DNA of 64,000 nt, taken from the NCBI GenBank assembly GCA_032718475.1, contig JAUCBJ010004935.1:1-64000 (forward strand), given 5' to 3'. The position numbers were made by a program, and so were the translations under genes. Below, in pieces: positions 51,244 to 63,902 of the stretch; positions within the stretch are counted from its first letter, which is position 1, and each line of letters begins with the position of its first letter. The stretch comes from Nemertoderma westbladi. Its lineage: Eukaryota; Animalia; Xenacoelomorpha. The notes under the pieces were generated by a model that worked only from the letters and a program-made list of their open reading frames with translations, searched no databases and had not been told where the DNA came from.

Positions 51244-52285
51244 GGAAGCAGGACAATTCAGTCCCGGAAAATTCGGTCCGGACAATTCGGTCCCGGACAA
51301 TTCGGTCCCAAAACATGCATATTAATGGGACCGAATTGTCCGGGACCGAATTGTCCGGGACCGAATTGTCCGGGACCGAATTGTCCGGGACCGAAATGTC
51401 CGGGACCGAATTGTCCAGGACCGAATTGTCCGGGACCAAATTTAATTGGTATTATATAATGGTGAATTTTCTAGAAACTTAATATATATTATTATATGGT
51501 AGGTAGCTAGTATTTTTTTTATTAGCTAGTATTTTTTTAAAAATAAAAAAAATTTACTTTTTTTTTAGCATTATTATTTATGGTAGCTATGGTGTTTTTA
51601 TGGAGCTTGTGAATTATTTACTAGCTAGTAATAGTATGTATTTAAAATGTTTATTTTTAAAACTGATATTTTTTATATACTGCGTAAGTATACTGTATGT
51701 GTTGTTGGTTGGTTAACAAGCCTAAATTATTATTCTAGATAATAGCTGGATCTCATTCAGGGACTGTTATAATATCATCAATATTTTTGGTAATTAATAT
51801 AATCAGCTACAGTTTAGGCCTAATTCTGAAATATCAATGTTTTCACAAGTGTTTTTATAATTTCAAGGAAATGCCAGCTAGTAAAAAAAAAACACTACAG
51901 TAGCTACACCTTAATAAATAATATATAATAATGTTCTCGAACACTACCAATAACAAAAATATAAAAAATACAGTATTTTTAAATTTCAAAAAATTCTAGC
52001 AAGTAAATAACACTAGCTAGCATAACAAATATCTCTACTAATGTTCTAGAACATTCACCAATATCAAAAAAGCACTAAAACGTTGCTATCAGGAACCGGA
52101 CAATTCGGTCCCAGACAATTCGGTCCTACGACAATTCGGTCCCGGACAATTCGGTCCCGGACAATTCGGTCCCATTTATTTAGTGTTTTGGGACCGAATT
52201 GTCCGGGACCGAATTGTCCGGGACCGAATTGTCCGGACCGAATTGTCCGGGACCGAATTGTCCGGGACCGAATTGTCCTACATCC
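51244..52285. mobile_element. 1042-bp MULE/Foldback-type MITE with arrays of a 15-bp repeat
   Basis: GG...CC termini and a 9-bp TSD GTTTATAAC (51235-51243 and 52286-52294). GGACAATTCGGTCCC arrays occur in both orientations at each end. Confidence 0.9.
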
Positions 52286-52307
52286 GTTTATAACTATCAC
52301 TGATTTA

Positions 52308-54156
52308 GCCGAAATGACATCTACAAGGCGCAGAAAGAGTCCCGACTCAAACAGACTACAGCGGCCAAGAATGCAGTTAAGGCTACATCTAGGTCCCTGA
52401 ACAGGCAGCACTCTGTTAATTTACAGGAGCTAATAAACCAACAGGTTGATGCCATCAATGATGCTGACGACAGCACGCAATCATCCCAGGCATGGAGATC
52501 GATCAACTTGCTTGCTGGTCAAAAAAGCCAACCAACCACCAACCACCAAGGTTAAGGCTGAATCACCTGCCGATCGCCTCAATGGTTGGAAGGCCCACTT
52601 TGAGAAGTTCCTCAATAATGACAGGGTATTGCCTGATAACTTTATAGAAGTAAAAGTGTCTGAGTCTGTACTCCCAGATATTCCCATTGGTGATATCTCC
52701 TTTGCAGAAGTGAAGGCTGCTGCAAAGAGCATTAAGACCAATCGTGCCAGTGGAGTAGATGGTGTTCCCCCTGAGGTCTTTAAAATACCTGAGTGTTTAA
52801 AGCTCATCGATCCCATATAGTAGACATGTACCGAACGACAAGAGTCCCACAAGAAATGAAAACAAATAAGTTGGTGCCAGTTCCCAAGAAGGGCAATCTT
52901 CTTGGGGAATTCTTTTGGGGAGTTCTTTTCGGGGAATCTCATTGATCTCGATTGCTGCAAAGCTATACAATAGAATTATATTAAATCGCATCAGGGATCC
53001 CATTGAGAGACTGCGCCGTGGAAATCAGAATGGGTTCCGTAAAGGTCATGGGACCATGGAGCCCATTTTGGCACTTAGAAGGATAATTGAAAAGTTATCA
53101 AAAAAGAAAGACAGGCATCTGGCTGTTATCTTTGTTGACTTCTTCAAGGCCTTTGATTCATTCTCTCGCTCACGTATGTTCAGTATACTTTCATTATATG
53201 GGATTCTTGATGAAATCATTGCAGCAATCAGATCAGTATACGATGGTTCGACAACATTTGTGTCTACTGTTGACGGTGACACAGAACCATTTGAAGTGTT
53301 ATGGGGTTTCCTCCAGGGAGACACACTTGCACCATTCTTGTTCATAATTGTTGCTGACTATGTTCTACGCATGTCCTTAGATCATCATAATGATGATGGG
53401 GTGATGATAACTCCACCTACTGGCTCCAGAAGTCGAGGAAATCCTGCCAAGTACCTAACTGATCTAGACTTTGCTGATGACTTAGGAGTACTCTCAGAAT
53501 CACTAGAGGGAACCCAACGGCTCCTCAGCTCATTAGAACATGCTGCTTCTAGTGTTGGTCTTTTTATTAACTCTAGAAAGACCAAAATTCTGACAGTTAA
53601 TTTTGAAAGTCCTCAGCAAGTCTCTAATCGGATGAGCATAAGCTCAAAAGATGGTATGCTTGAGCATGTGGATGACTTCTGTTACCTGGAATCATGGATC
53701 CGGAAGTCAGGTGAGGACCTTCGAATACGTAAGCGAAAGGCATGGGCAGCCTTGAATAGGCTTTCCAGGATTTGGAAGTCACCGAGGATTAATCGGAAAC
53801 TTAAGGTCTGATTATTTAGAGCAGCAGTAGTACCAGTACTCCTCTACGGGAGTCCATGCTGGGCTCTAACTGCTGAGGACACCAAATCTCTGGATGGCAC
53901 ATTCACAAGAATGATACGCCGGGTTCATTGTGTCAAGTACAATGCACACATCTCCAACCAGACACTATATAACATTGGAGGTGTCTCATTGGTTCCTCCA
54001 AGCTTGACACTAGAACAAAATCGCATCCGCTTTGCAGGACATTGCTTTCGCCGTGAGGACCAGCCAGTGCATAATCTTGTACTTTGGCAGCCTCATGGAG
54101 TAAATAAGCATAGTGGACAGCCCATGACTTTCTTAAGACGCATCTTAAAGGACACT
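52308..54156 (+). mobile_element. Second copy of the RTE LINE, truncated at both ends
   Basis: Colinear with 5584-7415, with extra frameshifts and stops. Lacks the (TAG)n tail. Confidence 0.95.
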
Positions 54157-54194
54157 TATAGGCATCTTAAAGGTCAGGTCAGGTATTCTAGGTC

Positions 54195-57100
54195 GCATGG
54201 CTACGGGTTTCTTCAGTAGAAAGTGCGCGGGTGTTAGCGCTTCCAGGGAATCAGGATTTGAAGAGACTGGCATAAGCGGTCTTTCGTTGAGATAGGCGGC
54301 GATTTCCTCCATTAACGTCCGCAATAGTTCGTCGGTGAGATAAGCGCGACAAGGCACAATAAAGTGGAACGCAGTCTTCACGCTCCTAATCAATCTCTCC
54401 CAACTTCCTCCCCACCAAGGGGCGTCGGCGGCGTTGAAGGTCCAGCTAGACGCTGTTATCTTTAGCTGATCGTCCACCTGTCTTTTGTTCCAGTCCTTTA
54501 CGTAAGCTTGAATTTCGTTGTTGGCGCCAATGAAGTTCGTTCCCTTATCCGATCTCATCGTGTTACTGGTTCCGAAGCGAGCAATCTGTCGTCGTAAACT
54601 CAACACAAAGCTGTTGGTGGATAGATCGTTTACCATATCGAGATGGATAGCTCTACAAGTCATACAAACGAAGATGACACACCATCTCTTGACTATAGTC
54701 CGGGCACGATATACTTCAATAGGGCCAAATAAATCCACACCGGTATTAGTAAAGGGTGGTTCATAGAAGCTTACTCTTTCCCTAGGTAATTCTGCCTCTC
54801 GCTGTGTTAAAGGCCTACTGAATGCTTTCCTACAGGGTATGCAGTTCCTAAGAACTTGGTTCAGAGCCCTACGGGGTTTATAAAAATAGTAGCGAGTTCG
54901 AATTTCGCTCAGAACTCGTTCTCTACCAGCATGGTACAGTTTGCTATGAACATCTACAATCATCTTGATTTGTATGTCAAGATTTCTAATGAGTATGGGG
55001 AACATAATGGGGCGTTGGTAAGCCTGCCTCCAACACGTATTAACCCATCTATCATGGTACTAGAGAAGCGATCTCTTAAGCGCATCTGCGGATTTCTTAA
55101 CAACAGGAAATACTTATCGGGATCCTCATAGCATTGTAGGAGTCTCAGCATCTGTTTGTTGGTTTCATCATGCTCCTGGTAACTGATCTTCTCCTTTAGA
55201 AACCTGTCGGATATCTTGTATTGGGGAAGGTCTTTAACAACATGGACTCGTGCAGATGTTGATGGAGCATCATCACTATTGGTCTTTGCCCCGGAGTAAC
55301 GATGATGAAAACATCGTTTTAAATAGGTGACAGCTTTACAGAGCCGATTCCAGGAGCTGTAGTGACGTATCGCTCTCTGCAAGAGGGGTGAGAGTCCTTG
55401 CGCGATATCTGGTATTCCAGATTTCCAATCCTTGTCACGGATTTCCAAGACTTCTTTAGTCGTAGTGGTGGGTTTCGGATCCAAAGCATCCTCTCCGGAA
55501 GTAAATAATACAGATAGATCAACCGCAGGTTTAAACAACTTCGATTTACTCGCTCGAGTTTTGGGTTTAACTTTCTCCGCTCCCTTGGCCTGTCTGATCT
55601 CTGCTGTTGTGAGATGGGGAGGCCATTCTTCTTCTTCTCTGTAGAGAAAGTCAGGTCCTCCTAACCATTCGGGAGTATTTACCAATTCCTTTGGAGTCGC
55701 TCCTCGGGAAGCGATGTCTGCTGGATTAATCGTTCCGGGGCAATGTCTCCATTGGTCCATCGTCGTGCGACTAAGTATGATGGCTACTCTGTTGGTAACG
55801 AAGACGCTGAACTGACAGACTTCATTGGTTATATACTCTAACACGAGTAAAGCGTCGGTCCAATAGACAGTTTTCTCTAATGGATAGTCAATCTGTTCTG
55901 TTACATTCCGGCCGATGGCTGTAGCGTATAGAGCCGCTTTTAACTCCGCTCGAGGAACTTTCAACTTGTTGTTGATTAATGCCTTAGAAGTAACCAAGGC
56001 GACTTTGATTCCATCCGGAGTTTCCACCCTTAGATAGGCTACTATACCTATTCCCATATCGCTGGCGTCTCCAAACACATGGAGTTGATAGGAATACGTA
56101 GGGAGAACATGACCAAAATATGAACGGGAAATTATAAAATCCTCGATAGCTGGCAGAGAATCTTCCCATTTCATCCACTTCTTCAATAATTCTCCCTTAA
56201 GTGGATCGTCCCATGAGTGGTTTTCAAGCCACATTTGTTGTACCAAACTACGAGCAATCAATATAACTGGGCTAATAAATCCCAATGGATCGAAATAAGT
56301 GCTCAGTATACTTAAGCAAATCCGTTTGGTTCGAACTGGATTATCTCGCTGTTTTAGCTGGAAAAACAGGATATCTCGCTCTGTGTCCCATTTCAAGCCG
56401 AGTGTCTTGGTTTCTGGCAGATCATCTTTGATCAAATCGAGATCTTTCGCTCCTCGATCTTCCGCAGGGATCGACTCCAGAAACTCACGGGAGTTGCTGG
56501 TGAATTTGGTTAATCGAAATCCACCTCTTTTTAAGCACTCTACCGTTCCTTTAGCGACCTCAATGGCTTCCTCAACTGATGGGAGGGACTTCAGATTGTC
56601 GTCCATATATATGTCTCTCTTGATGTTGTCGATCACTTCCTTAGAGAATGCCTCTCGGTTGTCCTCTGCAGTGGTTCGCACTACCGAACAGGCGTTGGAA
56701 GGGCTTGAGATTATCCCGAAGGCCTGGATGGTCATCCAGTACTCCACCGGTTTCTGGTTGAGGTCTCCTTCGGGCCACCACAGAAATCGTAGACTATCTC
56801 GATCCCTATCTAGCACCTTGACTTGTAAGAACATGCCTTCTATATCGGAGGCGAAAGCAATCGAATATTGTCTCAATCTTAAAAGAATTCCCAACAAAGA
56901 TTGAAGTAAGTTGGGTCCGGGTAACAATTCAGAGTTAAGGGATTGACCCATGTAAAGAGCGGAGCCATCAAACACTACTCTCACTTCATGTGGTTTACCG
57001 GGTTTAGGAACGTAATGGTGGGTTAAGTAATACGTTCTTTCAGTCACAGGTGTTTCTTCCGGTACGCTCTCCGCGTATCCCTTACTAATAAATTTTTCCA

Positions 57101-58400
57101 GCTGTGTTTGATACATTGCTTTAGCTGAAGAATTAGCCGTAAGGCGTCGATGGAGTTGCGCGATTCTTTTTTCCGCCAAAGGTCTGTTATTGATGAACTT
57201 CGGTTCTCTCTTGCGAAAAGGTAAACCGACTTCATACCTGCCTTGATCTTTGAGGAAACGTGTAGTTGTCTCTTGGATCTGCTTGGCCCTTTCCTCTTCC
57301 ACCGATAAGGCTTTATCGTAGGAATTGGGCTCTACCGCCTCTTGCGTAAAGAATCGTACAGCATGTTCATCTCGAGTCTTGGCATTGCAACGCTCAATGA
57401 CGTCATTTAACTCGTCGTTATAAGCTTCTCGTTCAGATGGATAGAGAAGTTGACATAAGTTAACTTGGTTTTGCCAAGCCTCGTTTTCCTTAAGGAGATC
57501 GATGGTATTCTCCTCATCAAAAAGCTGGTGAATGTCGTCGTTATCTGAGGAGTATGGAGTTCCCTCAGTTAAATCGTCTCCCTCACTAGTATCATCTTCC
57601 CATTCACTCACCTGGCAGACTCTCTCTTGCGGTAGTCTTTCTCTGAGTGTTCTACGGGAAGGGCCAGTAAAGTACCAACCTACTCTAGTTCTTACCGCAT
57701 AGGTCTGTAGGGGCTGCGGTTGAGCAGGCCGTTTCTCTAATGTCTCCAGCGCCTCATGCGCGTTTTGGCCGATGAGTATTTGCACTCCAGGATAATCAGT
57801 CTGGAATCGAGGTATGTTAAGATGTTGGATGCTCTCATCCTCGTCCCAATTATAAAGGTCTGCTTGAGTAGTAGCGAAGTTCTTTATAGCCACCATTTTC
57901 ACTGACCTTATGCTATATTCTCCTAGTTCGTCCTGGGGGGTGGACAACGCTCCTACATAATAATCCGCTGTTATTGTAGATTTCCAAACTTGCATAATTC
58001 CTGACATGTTTAGCTTAGTTCGGAACTTGGGTTGTCCATCGAATATGTCTTCGGCTAGTTCTTTATCAATGAATGTTCCTGTGCTGCCGGAGTCCAGGAG
58101 GGCGTTCACTACATAACTCCGTTTAGGTCCGTGAACCCTTACCTGCACCACAGGAAACTCTCGGATCCCTACATTGGAAGATGGCTCTTTCCAAGATGGT
58201 TGTCGTTCAGAAGTAGTTAGAGTGAAGTCGCTGTCTGTATCCTTTTCATATGTGAGTGCTCGATACACGGCGGTATTTATCATATAACAGGATTCGTTTT
58301 CGTCGGAGAACTCGTCCGTATAGAATCCTTCCATCTCAGATTGATCAGTGTCGTTCACATCACTGAATTGGACATGTAGTTCGGAATCACTTACCTGATT
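54195..58400 (-). pseudogene. BEL-2 pol (protease, RT, RNase H, integrase), frameshifted near 54990 and truncated
   Basis: ALLDSGS, YYLTHH, RVVFDG, YMDD, FDPLG, VFGDAS, NPADIASRG, GVDLFGP, SDKGTNF, GGSWERL, LTPAHFL. Confidence 0.93.
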
Positions 58401-58402
58401 TA

Positions 58403-61400
58403 TTACCTATTTCGCTCGAATTCAGCGTGCAACAAGATATGATGTTTCGCACCACACTTTGCACACCTTATGTCAGAGAAACAGGTTCGCCGTTGGTGTC
58501 CTTGTCTGAGGCAATTATAACATAACCGCTTATCCCACATGACTTCTCGTCTCTCCGATAATGATTTCTTCAGGAATTCATCACACATATTCAAACGGTG
58601 GGTCCCGTCGCACAGCGCACATTTCGGTTTGATGTTACTTACCTTATTTTGGGTAACATTGTGTACACTTGCTTTTTCTTCGGGCTTTCTCACCTGAATT
58701 CTCTTGGGAGACGTAGGAGGAGTTTTTCTTACCTGTTCTCTCCTGTCATTTGTTCGAGACTTGAATTTACTTACCTGAGCTGTAGGCATTTTATTCACGT
58801 AATAAGATCTATCAGTGTCTTTCCCGCTATCTTCTCCTTGAGAAGTCTGGCTTTCGCCGTCGTCTGTATAACACACTGGTGTTACCTTTCTCCTAGAGAC
58901 GGGTTTTTCACTTACCTTGTTTTCCGGTGTCTTCTCTCTGGACAGTTTCAGGAGCTGTAATTTCACTTCTCCATCTAGGAATGACATGAGATCAGCCATG
59001 GTAGGGTCTCGTCGTTGTTGTTCCATCATATATAACACTTTCTTATCCCAGCGTGTACCTACTCCACCCTTCGGTAAAGTAGAAGCCACTGCTCTAATAA
59101 CCATAGCATTCTGATACTCATGAGACTTACCTAGCCAATCTAATTGTCTACAGATCTCCGGAATCTCATCGGAAAACTCTATAATTCCGCTGCTAATAAA
59201 CTTTCGGGGCGCTACTAACTTTGCATACAAATACCCAGCGATGTTATTCCTATTACCATACCTGATGTTTAGTGTATCCCAAACTTGTCTTAATCCGTCT
59301 GGATGTCCAATAAACTTTAACGCCATTAACTTGGGAGATCCTTCCAAGCACTCGATGAGGTATCTAAGTTTTTCTCCATTAGATAGTACAGAGTTCTGTA
59401 TGTTATCTTTGTAATATTCATTAAAAGGTAACCATTTCATCTCATCTCCATTGAACTTGACGATCTCTCCCACCTTTACTGCTTGCCGGGCTTCGGTTCT
59501 AGCCATTTGACGCGTAAAACTTTCTTGGGCCATCGTGTTATTTAATATCGAGTTATCGGTATATAAATTTCTCGGATTATGATCAGGTCTATAGGGAATG
59601 TCATTATCAACAGGTCTATAATTACCCTTAATAGGGTTCACTATAGGAGTTTCTACTTTGCTAGCAGTATAGATGCGTGTAGGCTCCACACCTTGCGCAT
59701 GAGATACTTCAGACCTAACAGGTTGACACATTGTTACAGGGGGTGGTGGTATACCCCTTTGTGTATTTACTAATTTATCGCGTTCTAGCGCGATACTTTG
59801 CTGCACTTCTTGCAACTCCAGTCTACTTTCCCTTACTGTGCCCTTGAATTGCTGAACAGTCTCTTGCATCTGCCCGAGCAGGAGATCCATCCCCCGCCGT
59901 CTCTCATCCACCCATTCGACCGCCGAAGCGGGAGTCGCCAACGTTGTAGCGGGCGGACGAGGGACAACGGGCGACAAATTATGAATATTTCGCTCGGGGT
60001 CCAGGACCTGAACTGTCTCCTGGGCAGTTCTACGGGGCACAGGTAGCTTAGTGCTATGCAGAGGGAATTTAGAGGTAACTTCAGGGAGTACAGGTGTGTC
60101 TATCACCGAAGGGGTGATTTCGAGAACAGGCCTAATTATTTCAGGCTCATCTACTATAGTAGGGAGTCTTTCTATTTTAATTATTTGGTCTGTGGGTTCT
60201 GTACTGCCTAAGTTGGTGTTATTTAGTTGCCTTCTAACAGCTGGAGGCAAATCAGGCAATTTCTGACGGTGGAATGTTCTTTTACGTCTGCTTAGACGAG
60301 ATCTATTTCCTTTGCCTTCAGTATCGGTGGTATCGCCTTCCTCAGATGATGTATAACCTTGTCTTTTGGGAGTAGATCGATTCATCATCTGCATATTGCT
60401 AGCTGTTAACTGTTTATTTATGCAGTCTTGATTCTCTTGAAGATTTTCCAACTCCAGTTGGGTGATCTCTTCAGCCGCTCTCCGTTCTGCTTCCGCCACC
60501 GCTGCCGCTTTTGCCTCTGCCACTGCCGCTTTTGCCTTTGCCTCGGCTTCTGCTGCTGCCGCTTTTGCCTTTGCCTCGGCTTCTGCTGCTGCCGCTTTTG
60601 CCTCTGCCACTGCTTCTGCTAAGGTCGCTTTTCTTTCTGCCTCTGCCACGGCTGCTATCTTTCTGTCTTCTATACGTTTTTTCCTTACTTGTTCTTCCTT
60701 TTCTCTAGCGATGCGGAGTTGTTCATCGAATTTAGCTTGATTCGCCGCTAACCTATCTACATCTATTGCATCCAACACACGCTGGGCTCCTTCACTATTA
60801 GGGCTAAGTCCCTCTAACCTTCTCCTCAACTCGTCATCACCTAAAAAACGTTGATAGTCTGACAGATAGATGTCAATGGCATCCCTCTTATGCGGTTTCT
60901 CTGCCGTCGCTTCACTTTCCACTTGGGAAAAAGTAGCGTCTGTTGATTCTCCATGGGTTGAGCGCTCCTCCAGCTGAGCTTTCCACTGAGCTGTTCCTTG
61001 AACCTGGAGACTCACCCTTTGAAACCAAGTCTTTACGGCCACTTGCAACGACGTGTCTTGCCTTCGTTTAGAAGCCTCCTCAAAGGCCGATAATATTAAC
61101 CTGATTCGTAGAATTCTTTCTCTAACTTGATAAAGCAGTTGTCCCTGCTCTTGAGGTCCTTGTGGTTGTTGAAACAGTTGTCCTTTTACTCGCTCCATAG
61201 AGCTGAAGAATCCCTGTGCGTATCCGGCTGCGGACCTCTTCCACACAGCTGGATCGATGGTTTCCTTGGCTACTCCCATCCGGTGTATGTCTTCCCAGGC
61301 AGCTTCTGATAAATCAAACGGGAGTCCGGGTCCGGGGAAGTTCCATTGCGACTCGACCATGGACTTCAGTTCTTCCCTTGTGTATCCAGCATAACTATCT

Positions 61401-61834
61401 CTAGTTGAACGCTGGCTTCTCGCCCAATCGATCTGGTGTTCTTCCACAGCGATCAATAACCTAGTGAGTACGGCTGCAGGAAGGATGAGAAGGGGATCCG
61501 AATAAACCGCATCCATCATCTTTGCTCCGCGTTCTGGTGTCAGTTCTACAGTATCCTCACTACTGGAGCTGTTGGGCCGTTGAGAAGTAAGTTCTTGGCT
61601 CGCGGGTTGTTGCTGTTCCGCTGCTTCTTGGTCCCGCTTGACCTGAGCTCGAGTGCCTATGATAGACCTACGATGTTGGACCAGCCTAGGTTCTGTTATT
61701 ACTACTGGAGGGATGACCTTCCTCACAGTGGGAGGTGAACTGAACTTACGACTAGACGGTTCTACGCCTCTATCTGAGTCGCAGATAGTTACATCTAATA
61801 AACTGTCTGACAGGTTCTGCTTAGTATCAGACAT
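58403..61834 (-). CDS. BEL-2 Gag (1143 aa): coiled coil, DUF1759-like region and three zinc knuckles
   Basis: KFNGDEMKW...EKLRYLIECLEG; CALCDGTHRLNMC, CYNCLRQGHQRRTC and CAKCGAKHH; 33-bp AEAEAKAKAAA repeats. Separated from pol by a frameshift near 58405. Confidence 0.9.
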   Translation of the reverse strand: MSDTKQNLSDSLLDVTICDSDRGVEPSSRKFSSPPTVRKVIPPVVITEPRLVQHRRSIIGTRAQVKRDQEAAEQQQPASQELTSQRPNSSSSEDTVELTPERGAKMMDAVYSDPLLILPAAVLTRLLIAVEEHQIDWARSQRSTRDSYAGYTREELKSMVESQWNFPGPGLPFDLSEAAWEDIHRMGVAKETIDPAVWKRSAAGYAQGFFSSMERVKGQLFQQPQGPQEQGQLLYQVRERILRIRLILSAFEEASKRRQDTSLQVAVKTWFQRVSLQVQGTAQWKAQLEERSTHGESTDATFSQVESEATAEKPHKRDAIDIYLSDYQRFLGDDELRRRLEGLSPNSEGAQRVLDAIDVDRLAANQAKFDEQLRIAREKEEQVRKKRIEDRKIAAVAEAERKATLAEAVAEAKAAAAEAEAKAKAAAAEAEAKAKAAVAEAKAAAVAEAERRAAEEITQLELENLQENQDCINKQLTASNMQMMNRSTPKRQGYTSSEEGDTTDTEGKGNRSRLSRRKRTFHRQKLPDLPPAVRRQLNNTNLGSTEPTDQIIKIERLPTIVDEPEIIRPVLEITPSVIDTPVLPEVTSKFPLHSTKLPVPRRTAQETVQVLDPERNIHNLSPVVPRPPATTLATPASAVEWVDERRRGMDLLLGQMQETVQQFKGTVRESRLELQEVQQSIALERDKLVNTQRGIPPPPVTMCQPVRSEVSHAQGVEPTRIYTASKVETPIVNPIKGNYRPVDNDIPYRPDHNPRNLYTDNSILNNTMAQESFTRQMARTEARQAVKVGEIVKFNGDEMKWLPFNEYYKDNIQNSVLSNGEKLRYLIECLEGSPKLMALKFIGHPDGLRQVWDTLNIRYGNRNNIAGYLYAKLVAPRKFISSGIIEFSDEIPEICRQLDWLGKSHEYQNAMVIRAVASTLPKGGVGTRWDKKVLYMMEQQRRDPTMADLMSFLDGEVKLQLLKLSREKTPENKVSEKPVSRRKVTPVCYTDDGESQTSQGEDSGKDTDRSYYVNKMPTAQVSKFKSRTNDRREQVRKTPPTSPKRIQVRKPEEKASVHNVTQNKVSNIKPKCALCDGTHRLNMCDEFLKKSLSERREVMWDKRLCYNCLRQGHQRRTCFSDIRCAKCGAKHHILLHAEFERNR

Positions 61835-63151
61835 GTTTATGTGTACAGTTGAATGTCTACTGCTGTATTACAGTCTGAGCAAGTCTAGTAATTCAGTATT
61901 AACTGCTAGCCTAGTAATTAATTACCGATACTGCTACTCAGTGTAGCGTGATATATATATAATATATTAGAATACCGGTATACTTATAGTATATATAACT
62001 ATATAAGTATTATTACAGACTAGGTTTATCACAGAATACCGGTATAATTTTAGCACAAATATATATAAATATATAATAGGCCTATCGGGAATACCGGTAT
62101 ACAGCTTACAGTTTGTAGTATATATAATTCTGGAATAGAATTAATTACAAGTACCGGTATAATTTCAGCCTAGATTTATAGAAATAAAGATAATAGGCCT
62201 ATCGTAAATACCGGTATATCAATTATTTTAAATAATTGAATTTCTGAATTTTAGGGTTACTTGGTTACTTTACTTACTTTATTACCGTTATTTGAGCAGT
62301 AGTCCAACTGATATTGAGACCTAATGGTTGTATGGTAGGCCTACTATTTATAAATCGTTAGATTTGATTTATAATATATATATACCCGTTTTAATGGGTT
62401 TTGTCAATGTTTGAAATAAATGTTATTATTTCTGGGGGTAATCACTACACAAAGCGGTACGCTTTCAGTGAAGTGTTACTTATAGGACACTAAAACAAAT
62501 AATGCTAATTTACCTAAGTTACTTAATACTACAAATTACGTACAATTCGGGTGAGATTACAATCTCTAAATAAACACAAAAATTTACAAAAACACAAAAT
62601 ACGAATTTTCAGGGTAATTTTACAAGAAGTCTACAAACCAGCCTAACAAAGGGTTAGAAATCTGGTTATTACAACGGACAGGGTACTACGGTATTTGAAA
62701 ATAATAAGTAGTAGTAAATACACTGCGTTGTCCAGATAGGAAAATACCACCGCCTGACGACCTATAGCCGTATCGCTATAGGTTCTACGTTATGTATCAC
62801 GGAGTGTTCCTACCTAGAAGTTAATAGAGCTAATCGAACGTGCCTATCAACCACTTTACAACACAAATATAATGCCTACACTAATTACTTTCGGAAAGCA
62901 CTGTACACTAAACCCTAAATTAGGTACGAGTACTTGTACAACAGATAATCAGTAGTTAAATATACTTGAACAGCTAAAAGAACCACGGCATCTGCTGGAG
63001 TGACCGGTGCACAAAATCACCAGTCTTTACCTACGCCAAGCAGCCCGTGTAGTACCGGGGTTAATTTAACTATAGCGGTATGTATAACAAACACAATTAT
63101 TGTAGGAACAAACTTGGGGAATGAATGTTGCGAATAATCGCATAAACTCTG

Positions 63152-63730
63152 AATAATAAATATTACGCTACGCGTACAAACTACTCAAACAAAATGCAGA
63201 CCAAATACCGACAGACTACTATCAAGCCTAAACAAACTACGGTATATGCAGACTCCGAAATGATTAGGTAGTATGCGTTCTAACCCAGTAGTACGACTTA
63301 TTCTTTAATTGGGGGTTTACCTTACAGCATTGGCTGCCCCTACTTCCTAACCGTTCTTTATCGGACAAGGGCTCTACACACACTACAATCCGTTCAGACC
63401 TAATAACAGCCAGACAACTATCCAGCCTACAAATTATCTAAATAAATATTATACGCTACCCGTACAGACTTACACAAACAAAGTACAGACTAAACGATGG
63501 CAGACTACTCTCAAGCCTAAATAAACTACAGGACATGCAGACTCCGAAATGATTAGGTAGTATGCGTTCTAACCCAGTAGTACGACTTATTCTTTAGTTG
63601 GGGGTTTACCTTACAGCATTTGCTGCCCCTACTTCCTAACCGTTCTTTATCGGACAGGTGATCTACACACACTGCAATCCGTTCAGACCTAACAGCAATC
63701 AGACAACAGCTCAGCCTACAAATTGTCTGT
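63152..63730. repeat. 289-bp tandem duplication
   Basis: GACTCCGAAATGATTAGGTAGTATGCG occurs at 63251 and 63540. Confidence 0.9.
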
Positions 63731-63902
63731 ACAATCTGATCAGGCTTACACGCCTTCTGTTCAATACTGGCCTACAAATAAAATAAAACTGACAGAAATA
63801 AGTAAGCTCCAAAAGAAACAAGGGGTGTACAGTCCCTAATCTCTTAAACAGCCTACCGGTATACAACAATCAAATCGAATAATACTAATGTACTTATACG
63901 GG

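Noticed and set aside
51107-52411. VPDNS/GPNCP repeat ORFs
   Set aside because: Translations of the 15-bp MITE repeat arrays.
58380-58410. Programmed gag-pol frameshift in BEL-2
   Set aside because: No slippery heptamer and essentially no open overlap. BEL/Pao usually has a single ORF, so a mutational indel is more likely.
61970-62220. Repeated TACCGGTA and TAGGCCTA palindromes as a BEL-2-specific signal
   Set aside because: The same octamers occur throughout unrelated parts of the window (for example 41820-42010), so they look like a genome-wide bias.
63152-63730. 289-bp repeats as an LTR pair
   Set aside because: Directly adjacent, with no internal region, TG..CA ends or TSD.
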